Assembly (NCBI GenBank): GCA_043228905.1 | Contig: JBHGNT010000014.1 | Span: forward strand, 18,848,001-18,912,000 | Source of the DNA: Azolla caroliniana | Lineage: Eukaryota > Plantae > Polypodiophyta | DNA length: 64,000 bases | Reading direction: 5' to 3' | Shown here: piece after piece, positions 27,059-40,356 of the stretch | Numbering within the stretch: position 1 is the stretch's first letter | Layout: every line of letters begins with the position of its first letter | Made by a program: the position numbers and the translations under genes | Notes under the pieces: model-generated | The model's input: only the letters and a program-made list of their open reading frames with translations | Databases searched by the model: none | What the model was told of the DNA's origin: nothing

Positions 27059-30000
27059 TGTTAGGGTAGTTGTGGTATTAGTTTTAGTAGTGGTAGCAAA
27101 AGTAGCAGATTCCAAATAAGATAGCTCTAGGGAGCTCCATCATCATCAAAGTGAACTTAATTGTATTGGTAATAGTGATATTTAATGCTAGTGAATCTAT
27201 TGATAGTAGAAGTAGTTCTCGTTGTCGATGTCGATGTTGGTGTCGTAGTGGTTGGTAGAGGATTCCAACTAAGCTAATTCTAGTGGAATTTGAACATCAA
27301 GATGGTTATTACTAAGTAGTACTAGTATTGGTAGTTTTAGTTGTAGTGGTTATTGTTATTGTATAATTTGTTGAGGTAGTACTAGTATAGATAGTGGTGG
27401 TAGTATTGCCAAGATGCAAACCATTGTGATTGGTTTAGGGATTAGTCTTCCTTTATATATGTATGTAAGAAGATGCAAATTACCACATGCAAGGTTTACT
27501 TGGTAAATGAAAGCCCATCAAAACTGACCAGTCGAAGGATTTTTTTAATTATGTATTTCTCTATAACTCGACACCCTTATCTACCCATGCATAACTCATC
27601 ACTCTATCCGACTAGTATTAAGAGCAAAAGCTTGGTTCTCACCATAGGCTCGACCAGGTCCCATGATTGTGTTTGGTCTCTAGTCGGCATTAAATATATG
27701 TATATATATATATTACACACACACATAGTGATATATCACAATCATATTATCCTCTACACACATTTTTGACTCTTTACAAGAGGATAATTTTTTTCTATCT
27801 TTATTGACATTTATACAAACTTAAACATTTGTTTAGCGTATCGAATTTGGCTTTTCTAAGTGTTCTTTAGACAAAAGTAACTCATATTTTTCTTTAGATT
27901 CTAAAACCTTTTCTTTTTTCTTTTTCTCTTGGGGGGGATAATCTGATACTAGAATTGCCCTTTCCAAAAACATTTAAACAACACTCATATCCACCTTTCG
28001 GATCCTAAAGCTCGTTTTTTTCAAGGGGAATCAAGATGTGTCAAAATCAATTAAAGATGACATTCCTCGTAAAAGTAAAGTTTTTATTGCATTATCACCT
28101 TTTCGCATATAATCAACATAATAAAAAGATAAACTTCTTAATTATTTGAAAGCTCGATTGATTTTGTCATTACATACATCGGTGCAAATTGCCAATTGAT
28201 ATTGGTGTATTACTCCCCATGATACATGATTGTAAAGAGCTTGTCTTTGCGTCAAATCATTTTCGCTTATAGGACAATATGGGAGGTTGATTGTGTGGAT
28301 TCCACTCCGTACCCCAATGAATTCGGCTTTCGTAAAAGTTTTACATCAATTTTGAAACAAGGCAAAAATTTCGCAGGGCCCACCTTTTAGGTTAACAAAT
28401 ATTGTGGTTGTGAATGAGGAAATGAAGTAAATCATTCTATTGAAACTAGATCCATCTTATAAAGTTGTGCTTAAATGCTTGAGAAACTTAAAGATGTGAC
28501 AAGCTCATTGCTACAGGATCATGCTACAATACACAAATATATTCTTCCTCGATAGATGTTTACACGCATCAAATGTTTAATGAAGTATGAAAGAAATATA
28601 TAGTGTGCATATTGTGCCTCTATTATAAAGGAACTTAGAGAAGACACTTAACGTGAGAAGAACCACTGAATCCATCAATGCATACAATTATTACCTGGAT
28701 ATCCAAACAAGAAAAAAGAAAAAGAAAACTAGATATTCATAGATTGTCACTCACAATGGCTATGAAAACAAGAAAGAATCATTACCTTGTGGCCAACCCA
28801 GAAATATGTACAAAATACAAGACAGAGAAATCTAATGCTATAGAAAAATGTATCTAGAAACGTGATGCTATAGTGAGATGTTCTTTATTGGTTGTCATGA
28901 TTGTTTTTGTTAACAATGCTTTAAGTTTCTGAACAAATGAGTCCATTCTCTTGTTCCAAAAGATTCATGCTAATTGGGTTGCCACATATGTGCAAGCTTG
29001 AACCCATAGCAAGTCTATTCTATTGCAACCTCAAAAGAAAATTGTCATAGAAAAAGATATCAACTAACTTTTATTGGACATAAAACCTTACACTTGCATC
29101 CCTTAAAACAAATTTATGAAGTTGGATTATGTCAACCTTGTGTACGAATCTATTTCTTAATTAACTTTCTTTTATGGTAATCAACTTTCTAGTTTGGTTG
29201 TGAAAATGCAATCCAATACATAGCCCAAAAAACTTCTTTGCCTCATATCCTCAACACTCTCATTGTTCATACTCTTATCTTCCCTCTAATTCTTAGTTGT
29301 TTTGACCTAAATCACCTATTATAACAAAGCAATGCTCTTCAATCTTCCAAAATATTTGGTATCATAGCGAAGCTTCATTGTTTCTTGAAGTTCAACAATG
29401 GTTTTTATGGTTTGGGGTTGAATAGAATTTACAGTTTGGGTGAAGTTCACCTATTACTTTCTATTGTAACTCACTTAGGGTCTATGGATTTAATCAAAAT
29501 CAAACTTTTACGAGTAAATGTATCAAAGATACATTTACAGGTTAGCTTAAGCCTTTAGGCTATTTACATAAAGAACCCATGCCATATGTAAGTGTCCATT
29601 AACACAAATACAATAAAATTTAATAGCGTCAACCTTTGTTGACAAAACTAGCCAGTTAGCCAATTAGTCGATGTGACCAAGGATGATTCCACAATCGACG
29701 TGAACATCCTCATTTTAGAGAGCTCCATTGAAGTCAATGTTCCACATACTATGAGTAAAACTACCAACTTGCTTCTCGACTCCAAAGCTCTCAATCATGT
29801 CACCCCATTTTGATCCCAATTCTGGTAGTACACTACTCACGATTTCAAGCTAGTTTGAATGGGTTGACTCACAACATTGTAGAACTTAAGCTTCTAGTGG
29901 TTCTACTCTTGGTACTACACAATGTCTTGCATGTTGATGTTGATATCTTATATTAGTTGGACAACTCGACAAAGTTAGTTTCCAAAGAAGCTTCGTGTTT

Positions 30001-30071
30001 GGACTTTACTCGAGGGTCCAAGGTACGTACCATGTATCCTATGTATGTATGTCACTTGGACATGATAAGTG

Positions 30072-30075
<4 letters not shown>

Positions 30076-30114
<39 letters not shown>
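30076..30114. repeat. (TA)n microsatellite
   Basis: Direct reading. Confidence 0.95.
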
Positions 30115-30119
<5 letters not shown>

Positions 30120-30544
30120 GGATGATCTTCCGGTTTCGGTGTTAAGGCAAAAGAGACTTGTGTGCCTAGGCCCAAGGAAGACTGGCATCACGCAAAGTTA
30201 TCTAAGGCTAGTTACATTTCCCAACACTCTTATTCTGACGATTAGTCGTTAGTTTTGTAGGCATATAGAAGACATGCACACCAAGAGGATCGAAACCACT
30301 CTTGATTCGGGTCCATTTGGTACACATGTTTTGCAGCCCTATAGCCGAATCAATGGATCTCTTGGTGGTGCCTCATACATTGTTGTCATGTTCAATCAAT
30401 GATGCGACCATGAAGGTGTGTGGGTCTTATCTAATCCCACGAGAACCAAAGACAAAAAAGATATTTGCAATCTTTCGAAACTAGCTCGCCACAATGGTTT
30501 GGGAATCAATCGGATCGAAACTGAAAGCCCGAAATGCCTATTGA

Positions 30545-30822
30545 TCCAATAATAGGGGAGGGTATAATTTATAAATCCCATGAATTCACCTTGTTCTGCA
30601 GACAAAGAAGTAATCCGATGTGAATTCCTGAACACCCTATTGCCTAGTGCAGAATGACACCATTGAATGCATGAACCAAACAAGATCCATTAATGGGGGG
30701 GGAGATTATAAATCCCATGAATTCACCTTGTTCTGCAGACAAAGAGGTAATAATCTGATGTGAATTCATGACACCCTTGTAGCCCAGAGCAGAATGACAC
30801 CATTGAATGCATGAATCAAATA
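30545..30822. repeat. ~140-bp tandem duplication within the copia remnant
   Basis: ttataaatcccatgaattcaccttgttctgcagacaaaga...gcagaatgacaccattgaatgcatgaa occurs twice. Confidence 0.85.
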
Positions 30823-32860
30823 ATATCATACTGACAGCAGTCTGAAAACCCTCCCACTTCAGAACAGATCAAGCATATGGCCTACATCAAGCATCCCAAG
30901 TTTGTTATTGAAAATTTCGAAGATTTCATGCACTTGGATCGGGGTTTTCTCGAAGCAATCAGGACCACTTCCTATACTTTTAAAGATAAGTTTGAGAATT
31001 CATCCATCTATCTTATCCTCTATGTGGATGATATGTTACCCATTGGCCTAAATGTTGGTGAGCTTGCCAAGATCCGACGGTAAAAACTGTTGAATTTCGC
31101 CATAAAGAGCCTAGGTCCCGCAAGACATATTCTCGAGATGAAGATCACAGGCCACAGAACCACTTGAAAGTTGTATCTGTGTCAGGCCAATAACATCCAA
31201 TAAAACACACATTTTGCCAAATCTGAAATGACCCATTACCAATTAACCTTAGACTTTCTTGGAAAAATTGTGGATATTCAGTCCAGAGGGGGATCATATG
31301 AAATTGGTAGGTACCTACTCAATAGTTGTTGGCTCTTTGATGCACGTAATATGCAATGAAGCATATCTTCAGATATTCCATTGGCACTCAAGACTTGAAG
31401 CATCAGATTTGGCCCATCAAATCCTCAACTTGGATGCCTGGACAATTGGAAATGCAATTAAGGAAGCATTATAGTTCAATCAAGTTGCTGGTACATTTCG
31501 ACAGATCGTTCTGAATTTGGTTTCGACCTTACATAGTGATAGCTAGGGCGTTATCTCTCTAGTGAAGAATTCAGTCCATCATAAGGCATCAGAACATATG
31601 GAGATCCTATATCACTTTGTTAGGGGGAATGTGTCAACAAGAAGAGACTTGGCATCAACAAGATTCCAACACTCAAGAATATATTTGGTTCCATGACTAA
31701 AAGTCTTCCAACAGATTGATTCATACCTTTGCACACTCAAATGGGCTTAAGGTTGATTCCAACATTAACTAGTACAGTCCAACTCAAAGGTATATATATG
31801 CCCATTATGTGTGTGTCTTTAAATTTGTTTTTAAAATATTGATGTTTTCGATTGATACTTTTAAATTTAAAATTTGTTTAACATGAATGTTGGTATATGC
31901 CTTTGTCTATTGCACGTGATATGCAAGAATGGACACATATGTTCAGGTGGATGAAATTAGGTACTTATTCTCCAAGTTTATAACAAGCACTGTTGATAGA
32001 TTTGTTGTAGTACACCAGATAAAGCAAGGACATGTCACATACTCGAAGCGATTGTAAAAGAGTCCCTCAATGCTTGACATAAGAATTTGAAATTCATATG
32101 GATATATGTATATCTTTTGGTCATGTTCCTCCTTTACTTGAGACAGCTCAAAATCTGTTTGGTTCTTCTTTGCATCCCCAGTGATGCTATGGCATACCTT
32201 CCTCACCTCATCGATGTCAAAAGAAAGGTGAAGTTCAGATATATCAAACATTCACAAATGCTATTAGGTATGTAATCTATCATCTATCATACTGAGTTTA
32301 TCATTTCTCCAGTATATATACAAGGTGTACATGTATATAGACAATAATCTGCACATGTATACAGAAAAAAGAATACCAAGCATATATCAATGATTCATGC
32401 TATGCAATTTTAAAGCTCCACTACTTAAATTTGGTACAAACCACATCACCATACATGTCATAAAGAATTTGGATTGAGATGGACGAGCATTTTGCTTGCA
32501 GAATGCACAGCCCCCCTGAAATGTTTTGCGATGTCTTGACAACACATTTGAGACATTGGAGTGATAAACTTCTCTCCCACAACCTCTTATAACCTTTGAT
32601 GTCTGATTTCTCTCACTTTCACATATGGATCTGCACCAGGCATCTCCAAGCATGCTTGAAATACCAGGACATTCTGCAAAAATAGAAGGAGAAAAAACAG
32701 ATTACAATGTCACTCATATATGGCATATACACAACTATATGTACACAGAAAAGAAAAGATCATCCACAGTATTAACAGCACAATCCACAATTACTGTGGG
32801 CCATGACATGAAATCACGAATATGAAGCTCATTAAACACTAATTGTAATTTGGAAAGCTG

Positions 32861-33306
32861 CTAATGCTTAACATACATATCAATCACTGCATTGCCAACC
32901 ACTTGCAATCCAAAGGATCCCATCTTGAGCTTCAAGATTATACAAAAAGCTCTTGCTCTTTTGCAAGAATGCCACATGTAATATACATGTTGGCGATTTT
33001 GATATGTATTACAGTGTCCTTGTTGGCAGCACCAAGATTGCCACAAGCTTTCAAAGCATAATGAAAGGTAACAGAATTTGGGAAGATACCCTTGAGTAAA
33101 TTTGGTCAAAACATCGAATTGCTTCTTTGTTTTGTTCATGTTTGGCAGACCCTGCATCAGTGAAGTCCGTGAGACCACATTGTATAGTGGACGCTTATCG
33201 AATGCTTCGCGTGCTTTGTGCAAACATCCATACTCAGTATACATATCAACCAGTGCCTTTCCTAGGGCAACATTTCTTTCCAGCAGCCCTTGTATAATTT
33301 CAGCCC
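32861..33306 (-). pseudogene. PLS-class PPR gene fragment, frameshifted
   Basis: GLLERNVALGKALVDMYTEYGCLHKAREAFD..NVVS and VVGNAVIDMY PPR motifs; frame disrupted; only ~2 repeats. Confidence 0.75.
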
Positions 33307-33719
33307 CTGAACATAAGAAAAACACCTATAAATTCCTCACAAAATAACAGGTATACACTTAAACTAGCTTGCATAAGGAAAATATTTATATAGATCACAT
33401 CCACTAGGTTGGATATGCACTGATAATAAGTTCATGCATTAAGGTATTCTGCGATTAAGAGATTATTATTCTTGAGTGGTATTATATAGAGTATTCACAA
33501 TCCAATTCCAAAACCCAGAGGGCACATTTTGGCAGAGATTGATTACAACCAGATCTTTTGTCCACCTATACCTGCATACAAGTAGCTATTGCTTAGTAGC
33601 AAATATATATATAATACAAGATTCTGATATCCGATTGAATCCAATCATAACTTAAAACACATTGTTAAACACAAATATTCTATTAGATTGATAATACAAT
33701 TATTCTAATATCCAATTGA

Positions 33720-33960
33720 ACCCAGTCACTATCTTAAAACACATCCTCAAAATCAAATGTTTTGTCCACCTACTCTACCTGCATATGAATGGCTATTCTG
33801 TGTGACCAATAGATAGATAATATAATAATGCATCCATTACCAGTCACAATCTTAAAACATATCCTCAAAACCAAACGTTTTGTCCACCTACACTACCTGC
33901 ATATGAATGGTTATTCTCAGTGACAAATAGATAGATAATATAATAATGCATCCATTAAAT
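33720..33960. repeat. ~118-bp imperfect tandem duplication
   Basis: ttttgtccaccta..ctacctgcatatgaatgg..atagatagataatataataatgcatccatta occurs twice; a diverged copy lies near 33556. Confidence 0.8.
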
Positions 33961-34857
33961 CCATTGGATAACTTGCTTTCTAACCTTGTTGGCTGCAGCA
34001 CTTGAATCTTGGGCAGATTTTATAACGCAACTTTGAAATCTGTAATAAAATTTCAGTTTGTTGGAATTTTTCTTCGTAGAAAAGATAGAAAAAATATAGT
34101 GAAATACTGTCCATATCCAGTCATAGTACACCACATAATTGAACAAATAATCAGGGTGGATAACGCTATTGGATTTGAAATTGTTGTCAAATAAAGAAAC
34201 GATCCTAAACCCCGAGCGATAAGTAAGTTAGATAATCATCAAATATTAAATATCACTTTGAGAAAAAATAAAGATTACCTGCAGAGCTTTCCTCAACATG
34301 ATATTGAGGTCATGGCCAAGGATCTGTGAGAGTTGTTGACAATTTGATCCGAGTTGGTAGTGAAAACACCTACTGATTCTTCATCAAAGAAAGCAATGTC
34401 CTGCCAGCAAAATGGCTAATGCAAAGTAAGAACTAGAAAACATTTTGCAGTAGAAGTAAAAATGGAACAAACTTGCCTGACTTAGCATAGTAGGAAATAG
34501 TCTCTCCCTCATTCGTTGCGCACAATCAGTGATACCATCTAGATATGTATGATGTTGTAATCACGAATTAGAAGAAAAGAATTAACTCTTTAAATCCAAG
34601 GCCAGTACTCAAAAAAATTTGATTCGCAATCTCAAAGCTTCCATCACGTGATTTGATGGACACATCAAGTGATCCAATTGCTCAGATTTCTTCAACACTA
34701 TGTGTACTGAATGAAAACAATGTATATCAATAGCCCATCACACTTTCCACTGCGCCTGAATAATCCAAAGGCAACATGTTACAACAGTAAGAAATTGCGC
34801 ATTTCTTAAGGAACTCTTGTTATAGATCACTTTGCCCAAGACAAAAAAAAAATGGTA

Positions 34858-35200
34858 CCTGCAACCATATGAACTAGCTAGCTATGTGTAGCCATGTGTT
34901 AAAACAAAAAACTCTTCCTAATTCCAATGGTAGCTGCAACCATATAGAAAGCTACCTATATGTAGCCATGTGTAAAACCAAAACTGTTCCTGATTCCAAT
35001 GGTAGCGGCAACCAAATAGCAATCCAGCTATGTGTAGCCATGTGTAAAACAAAAAACTCTTCCTAGTTCCAATGATAGCTGCAACCATATAGCAAGCCAG
35101 CTATGTGTAGCCATCTGTAAAACAAAACGGTCCTCCTAATTCCAATGGTAGCTAGCTATGTGTTAAACAAAACAAAAAAACTCTTCCTACTTCCAATTCC
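34858..35200. repeat. ~73-bp tandem repeat, ~4.5 copies
   Basis: gcaaccatatag..ctatgtgtagccatgtgtaaaacaaaaactcttcctaattccaatggta recurs at 34861, 34936, 35008 and 35081. Confidence 0.9.
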
Positions 35201-35272
35201 ACAACCACCATTCCTTCCACCACAGCTATGACCATGCCTTGCCGACTGTCCGATCCACCAAAACTCTTTTCA

Positions 35273-37627
35273 CACACCCCGACGTCTTTTTGGCCATGGT
35301 CTCATTTACCTCTTCCTCCATGCATATAACCCATCATATGATAGGTCATTGTTGACCGATTTTCCTTCTTCTTTCTCTTCACCTCCCATCTCTTCCCATT
35401 CTCTATGATCAGCCCGTTCTTGATCGAGCACACCCCGACGTCTTTTTGGCCATGGTCTCATTTACCTCTTCCTCCAAGCATATAACCCATCATATGATAG
35501 GTCATTGTTGACCGATTTTCCTTCTTCTTTCTCTTCAGCTCCAATCTCTTCCCATTCTCTATGATCAGCCCTGTTCTTCATCGAGCACACCCCGACGTCT
35601 TTTTGGCCATGGTCTCATTTACCTCTTCCTCCATGCATATAACCCATCATATGATAGGTCATTGTTGACCGATATTCCTTCTTCTTTCTCTTCAGCTCCC
35701 ATCTCTTCCCATTCTCTATGATCAGCCCTGTTCTTCATCGAGCACACCCCGACGTCTTTTTGGCCATGGTCTCATTTACCTCTTCCTCCAAGCATATAAC
35801 CCATCATATGATAGGTCATTGTTGACCGATTTTCCTTCTTCTTTCTCTTCAGCTCCAATCTCTTCCCATTCTCTATGATCAGCCCTGTTCTTCATCGAGC
35901 ACACCCCGACGTCTTTTTGGCCATGGTCTCATTTACCTCTTCCTCCATGCATATAACCCATCATATGATAGGTCATTGTTGACCGATATTCCTTCTTCTT
36001 TCTCTTCAGCTCCCATCTCTTCCCATTCTCTATGATCAGCCCTGTTCTTCATCGAGCACACCCCGACGTCTTTTTGGCCATGGTCTCATTTACCTCTTCC
36101 TCCATGCATATAACCCATCATATGATAGGTCATTGTTGACCGATTTTCCTTCTTCTTTCTCTTCAGCTCCCATCTCTTCCCATTCTCTATGATCAGCCCT
36201 GTTCTTCATCGAGCACACCCCGACGTCTTTTTGGCCATGGTCTCATTTACCTCTTCCTCCATGCATATAACCCATCATATGATAGGTCATTGTTGACCGA
36301 TATTCCTTCTTCTTTCTCTTCAGCTCCCATCTCTTCCCATTCTCTATGATCAGCCCTGTTCTTCATCGAGCACACCCCGACGTCTTTTTGGCCATGGTCT
36401 CATTTACCTCTTCCTCCAAGCATATAACCCATCATATGATAGGTCATTGTTGACCGATTTTCCTTCTTCTTTCTCTTCAGCTCCAATCTCTTCCCATTCT
36501 CTATGATCAGCCCTGTTCTTCATCGAGCACACCCCGACGTCTTTTTGGCCATGGTCTCATTTACCTCTTCCTCCATGCATATAACCCATCATATGATAGG
36601 TCATTGTTGACCGATATTCCTTCTTCTTTCTCTTCAGCTCCCATCTCTTCCCATTCTCTATGATCAGCCCTGTTCTTCATCGAGCACACCCCGACGTCTT
36701 TTTGGCCATGGTCTCATTTACCTCTTCCTCCATGCATATAACCCATCATATGATAGGTCATTGTTGACCGATTTTCCTTCTTCTTTCTCTTCAGCTCCCA
36801 TCTCTTCCCATTCTCTATGATCAGCCCTGTTCTTCATCGAGCACACCCCGACGTCTTTTTGGCCATGGTCTCATTTACCTCTTCCTCCATGCATATAACC
36901 CATCATATGATAGGTCATTGTTGACCGATTTTCCTTCTTCTTTCTCTTCAGCTCCCATCTCTTCCCATTCTCTATGATCAGCCCTGTTCTTCATCGAGCA
37001 CACCCCGACGTCTTTTTGGCCATGGTCTCATTTACCTCTTCCTCCATGCATATAACCCATCATATGATAGGTCATTGTTGACCGATATTCCTTCTTCTTT
37101 CTCTTCAGCTCCCATCTCTTCCCATTCTCTATGATCAGCCCTGTTCTTCATCGAGCACACCCCGACGTCTTTTTGGCCATGGTCTCATTTACCTCTTCCT
37201 CCAAGCATATAACCCATCATATGATAGGTCATTGTTGACCGATTTTCCTTCTTCTTTCTCTTCAGCTCCAATCTCTTCCCATTCTCTATGATCAGCCCTG
37301 TTCTTCATCGAGCACACCCCGACGTCTTTTTGGCCATGGTCTCATTTACCTCTTCCTCCATGCATATAACCCATCATATGATAGGTCATTGTTGACCGAT
37401 ATTCCTTCTTCTTTCTCTTCAGCTCCCATCTCTTCCCATTCTCTATGATCAGCCCTGTTCTTCATCGAGCACACCCCGACGTCTTTTTGGCCATGGTCTC
37501 ATTTACCTCTTCCTCCATGCATATAACCCATCATATGATAGGTCATTGTTGACCGATTTTCCTTCTTCTTTCTCTTCAGCTCCCATCTCTTCCCATTCTC
37601 TATGATCAGCCCTGTTCTTCATCGAGC
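35273..37627. repeat. 157-bp tandem satellite, 15 near-identical copies
   Basis: caccccgacg recurs at 35275, then 35431 + 157n up to 37472. No spacers. Confidence 0.98.
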
Positions 37628-37738
37628 TTTTGTTCTTCGAGAGTCATATATGTCGTCGATCTTTACCCGATTTTGTGATGAGGCTCATTGTAGATTTCGC
37701 GACGCTATACCATTTGGCTCCTTTCTCTTCTTGATGTC

Positions 37739-40325
37739 TAGGAATCGGGCAACGGCTCGGCTGAAGCCTAAACCGAGCCCGTCAAACTGGTTTTAAACGG
37801 TTTGGCAGTTTAGTGGCTTGGTTATGGCTTGAGCCTCCTTAAACGATTTGAGCTCGGTTCGGCATCTTACTTTATATCAATTGAAACTTTCTAATGATAA
37901 TATCCCTATATAGTAATGGTAAATATTTTGAATCTTGGTGAGACAACTGCTTTACTTCATCAATTGTTATCTCTCATGTTCTTTGTCCCCTCCAATGGCG
38001 TGATTTTATTCATCAAAGAAGTCTCAGTTTGAGCCTGTATTTCTTCATTTTATTCCAATAACAAATTCTAGAATTTTTTCAATTTGATATAAGTTTTGTA
38101 AATAAAACACGAGTCAGATAATTAATATATGTATAGAACAAGTAGCGAGAGACGTGAGGCATGTGTTGTCTAGAAGAAGGCTATCCAGTACACTACTTGA
38201 TGAGGTACTTGACCAGACTAAGCCTCGCAAGAAGAAATTATATTGTTGTTTTGTGGACTTCCGCAAAACATTTGACACGGTCCCTAGAGAGCGGTTGTTT
38301 GATAGGCTTAAAAGCTTGAGGATACCAAATGACATGATTTGGACCATCTACCCGCTATATGAGCAAGTCTCCAGGTGCGTCAAATGCCCAGGTGGTCTAT
38401 CCAATTGCTTCACTAGCACTATTGGTGTAAAACAAGGTTGGCCCCTATCACCTACTCTTTTTAGGATCTACATTGATGAGATCACAAATTTTATCGTTCA
38501 TAAGGGAGGCAACATAGTAGTCCTTGGGAATACGCAGGTTCGTATCTCGCTCTATGCAGACGACATAGTTTTGCTCTCTGAATCCAAACATGACCTACGA
38601 AGGCACCTAAATGCCTTAGATGACTTTTGCACACAACGAGGATTGGTAGTAAATCTAGGGAAAACTAAAGTCCTTATCTTTCACACAACCGCCCCCAAGT
38701 TAGAGCTAAATGTCACCTAACCATCTCCCATACCCAGTTGAGGTGGTTGGATCATATGTCTATCTCGGTGTCACTTTCAGTGCCCGCTCAAGTAAATTTT
38801 CAATGACACAAGCATCGAAGGATAGACTTACAAGAGGACATGCATCCCTCTCACTCCTAGAGAGAGAATGTCACCAAGCATACTTCCAAGAGCCACGGAC
38901 TAAGGGGTGGCTCTTTGACTCATTAGTAACCCCCTCTCTCATGTATGCATCAGTGGTTTGGGTTCCAGGGCTACCATCTTTCATGTGGACGCAATTAGAG
39001 AGACCATTGGTGATGAGGTTATCATGCTAGCTCTGAAGCAAATCGATAGTACCACATGACATTATTAGAGTTGAGTTCACTTTACCCCCGATGCTAATAG
39101 AGGCACTTTTTCAACTTGTAGTCTTTATTCATAGGATACATGGCCAACCACATGATAAGATATCCTATCAAGCCTTTGATGCCCCTCGATCATTGTATGA
39201 GTCCGGTTATACTAGCTCATGTTATGGCATGATAGTGAGTTGGCTTCTTGCAAACGGTCTAGACATTAATAACCTACATTCCCTTAGGTACAACGACGCA
39301 ATTGATAGCACTTTAATCTCTCATGAGGATCGTAATAAAGTAATACGCCAAGAAATATGGCAAATTTACACTTGATATAAATGGATCACCCCATTAGAGC
39401 CACTCCCATCTAAAATGGTGTATTATAAGGAACACTTCATGCACTTCTCTAAGTTAGGTTTTATTACACGGCCAAAATTTCTAGATGTATTCTTACCACA
39501 TGCACTAAGGGTTGCCATTGAAATATCATCTCATCAACTTGAAATTGAGAATGGTCGTACTAATGGAGTCCCTAGGGAGGAAAGGATATGTAGGTTATGC
39601 CACATAGAGATAGAGGATGAGTACCACTTTACATGCAAGTGTCCAACCTACGTCGAGATAAGGGCAAAATACCAAGACATACTTGGTTCCTCTCCCACCC
39701 TCCCCAAACTATTAGATACTCTAGATATAAAGAAATTAGGCAGATACATCCTAGAGCTAAAACAACACAGAGAGAATAAGTTACAAAATATTGACAATAA
39801 TGTTGATAATGTTCACCAACATGTAACAAATGAAGTTTTTCCGTAACAGGAGAAGACAATGAATGTCGACACACCTGCACCACTCGGCCTTTTCCTTGAT
39901 GAAGCAGAAAACCAATGAAGAACCAAACGCCCTCAGATGCTGGGTTTCAAAGCAACTTGATGTGGTGTAGAAGCAATAAAGAAAATAAGGGAACGTGAGC
40001 TACACCATCGAGAATCCATGGTTGGGGCACTCTCTACACTGGGACCACGGGTCATGACTCACACCCACACTGAAACCCTTTGACCTCCCACTTCTTTTCG
40101 AGAGGCTTGGGTGGAAATAAAATTAGGCTTATTGCAAAATCATTTCCTTTATCGAATGTGTTACAACATACCACGTTTTGTACAACACTAGAACTCTCTT
40201 AGCTTAAGTACTATTTCTATTTTACTTTTATTATTATTTTCAGTTCTGATGATTGGATAAAAACCCCATTTTGTTGTACACCAATTTGTCTCATGGGCCA
40301 AATTTGGCCTTCGAAGACATTAATA

Positions 40326-40356
<31 letters not shown>

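Larger units (their letters stand above)
29560..31770 (+). mobile_element. Highly degenerate Ty1/copia pol remnant
   Basis: DSKALNHVT (protease-like, ~29778), LILYVDDML (RT), YSIVVGSLM, SVHHKASEHMEILYHFVR (RNase H-like), in copia domain order. Confidence 0.75.

Noticed and set aside
35273-37627. CRISPR-like array
   Set aside because: Units are contiguous and near-identical with no unique spacers, no cas genes are present, and the context is eukaryotic.
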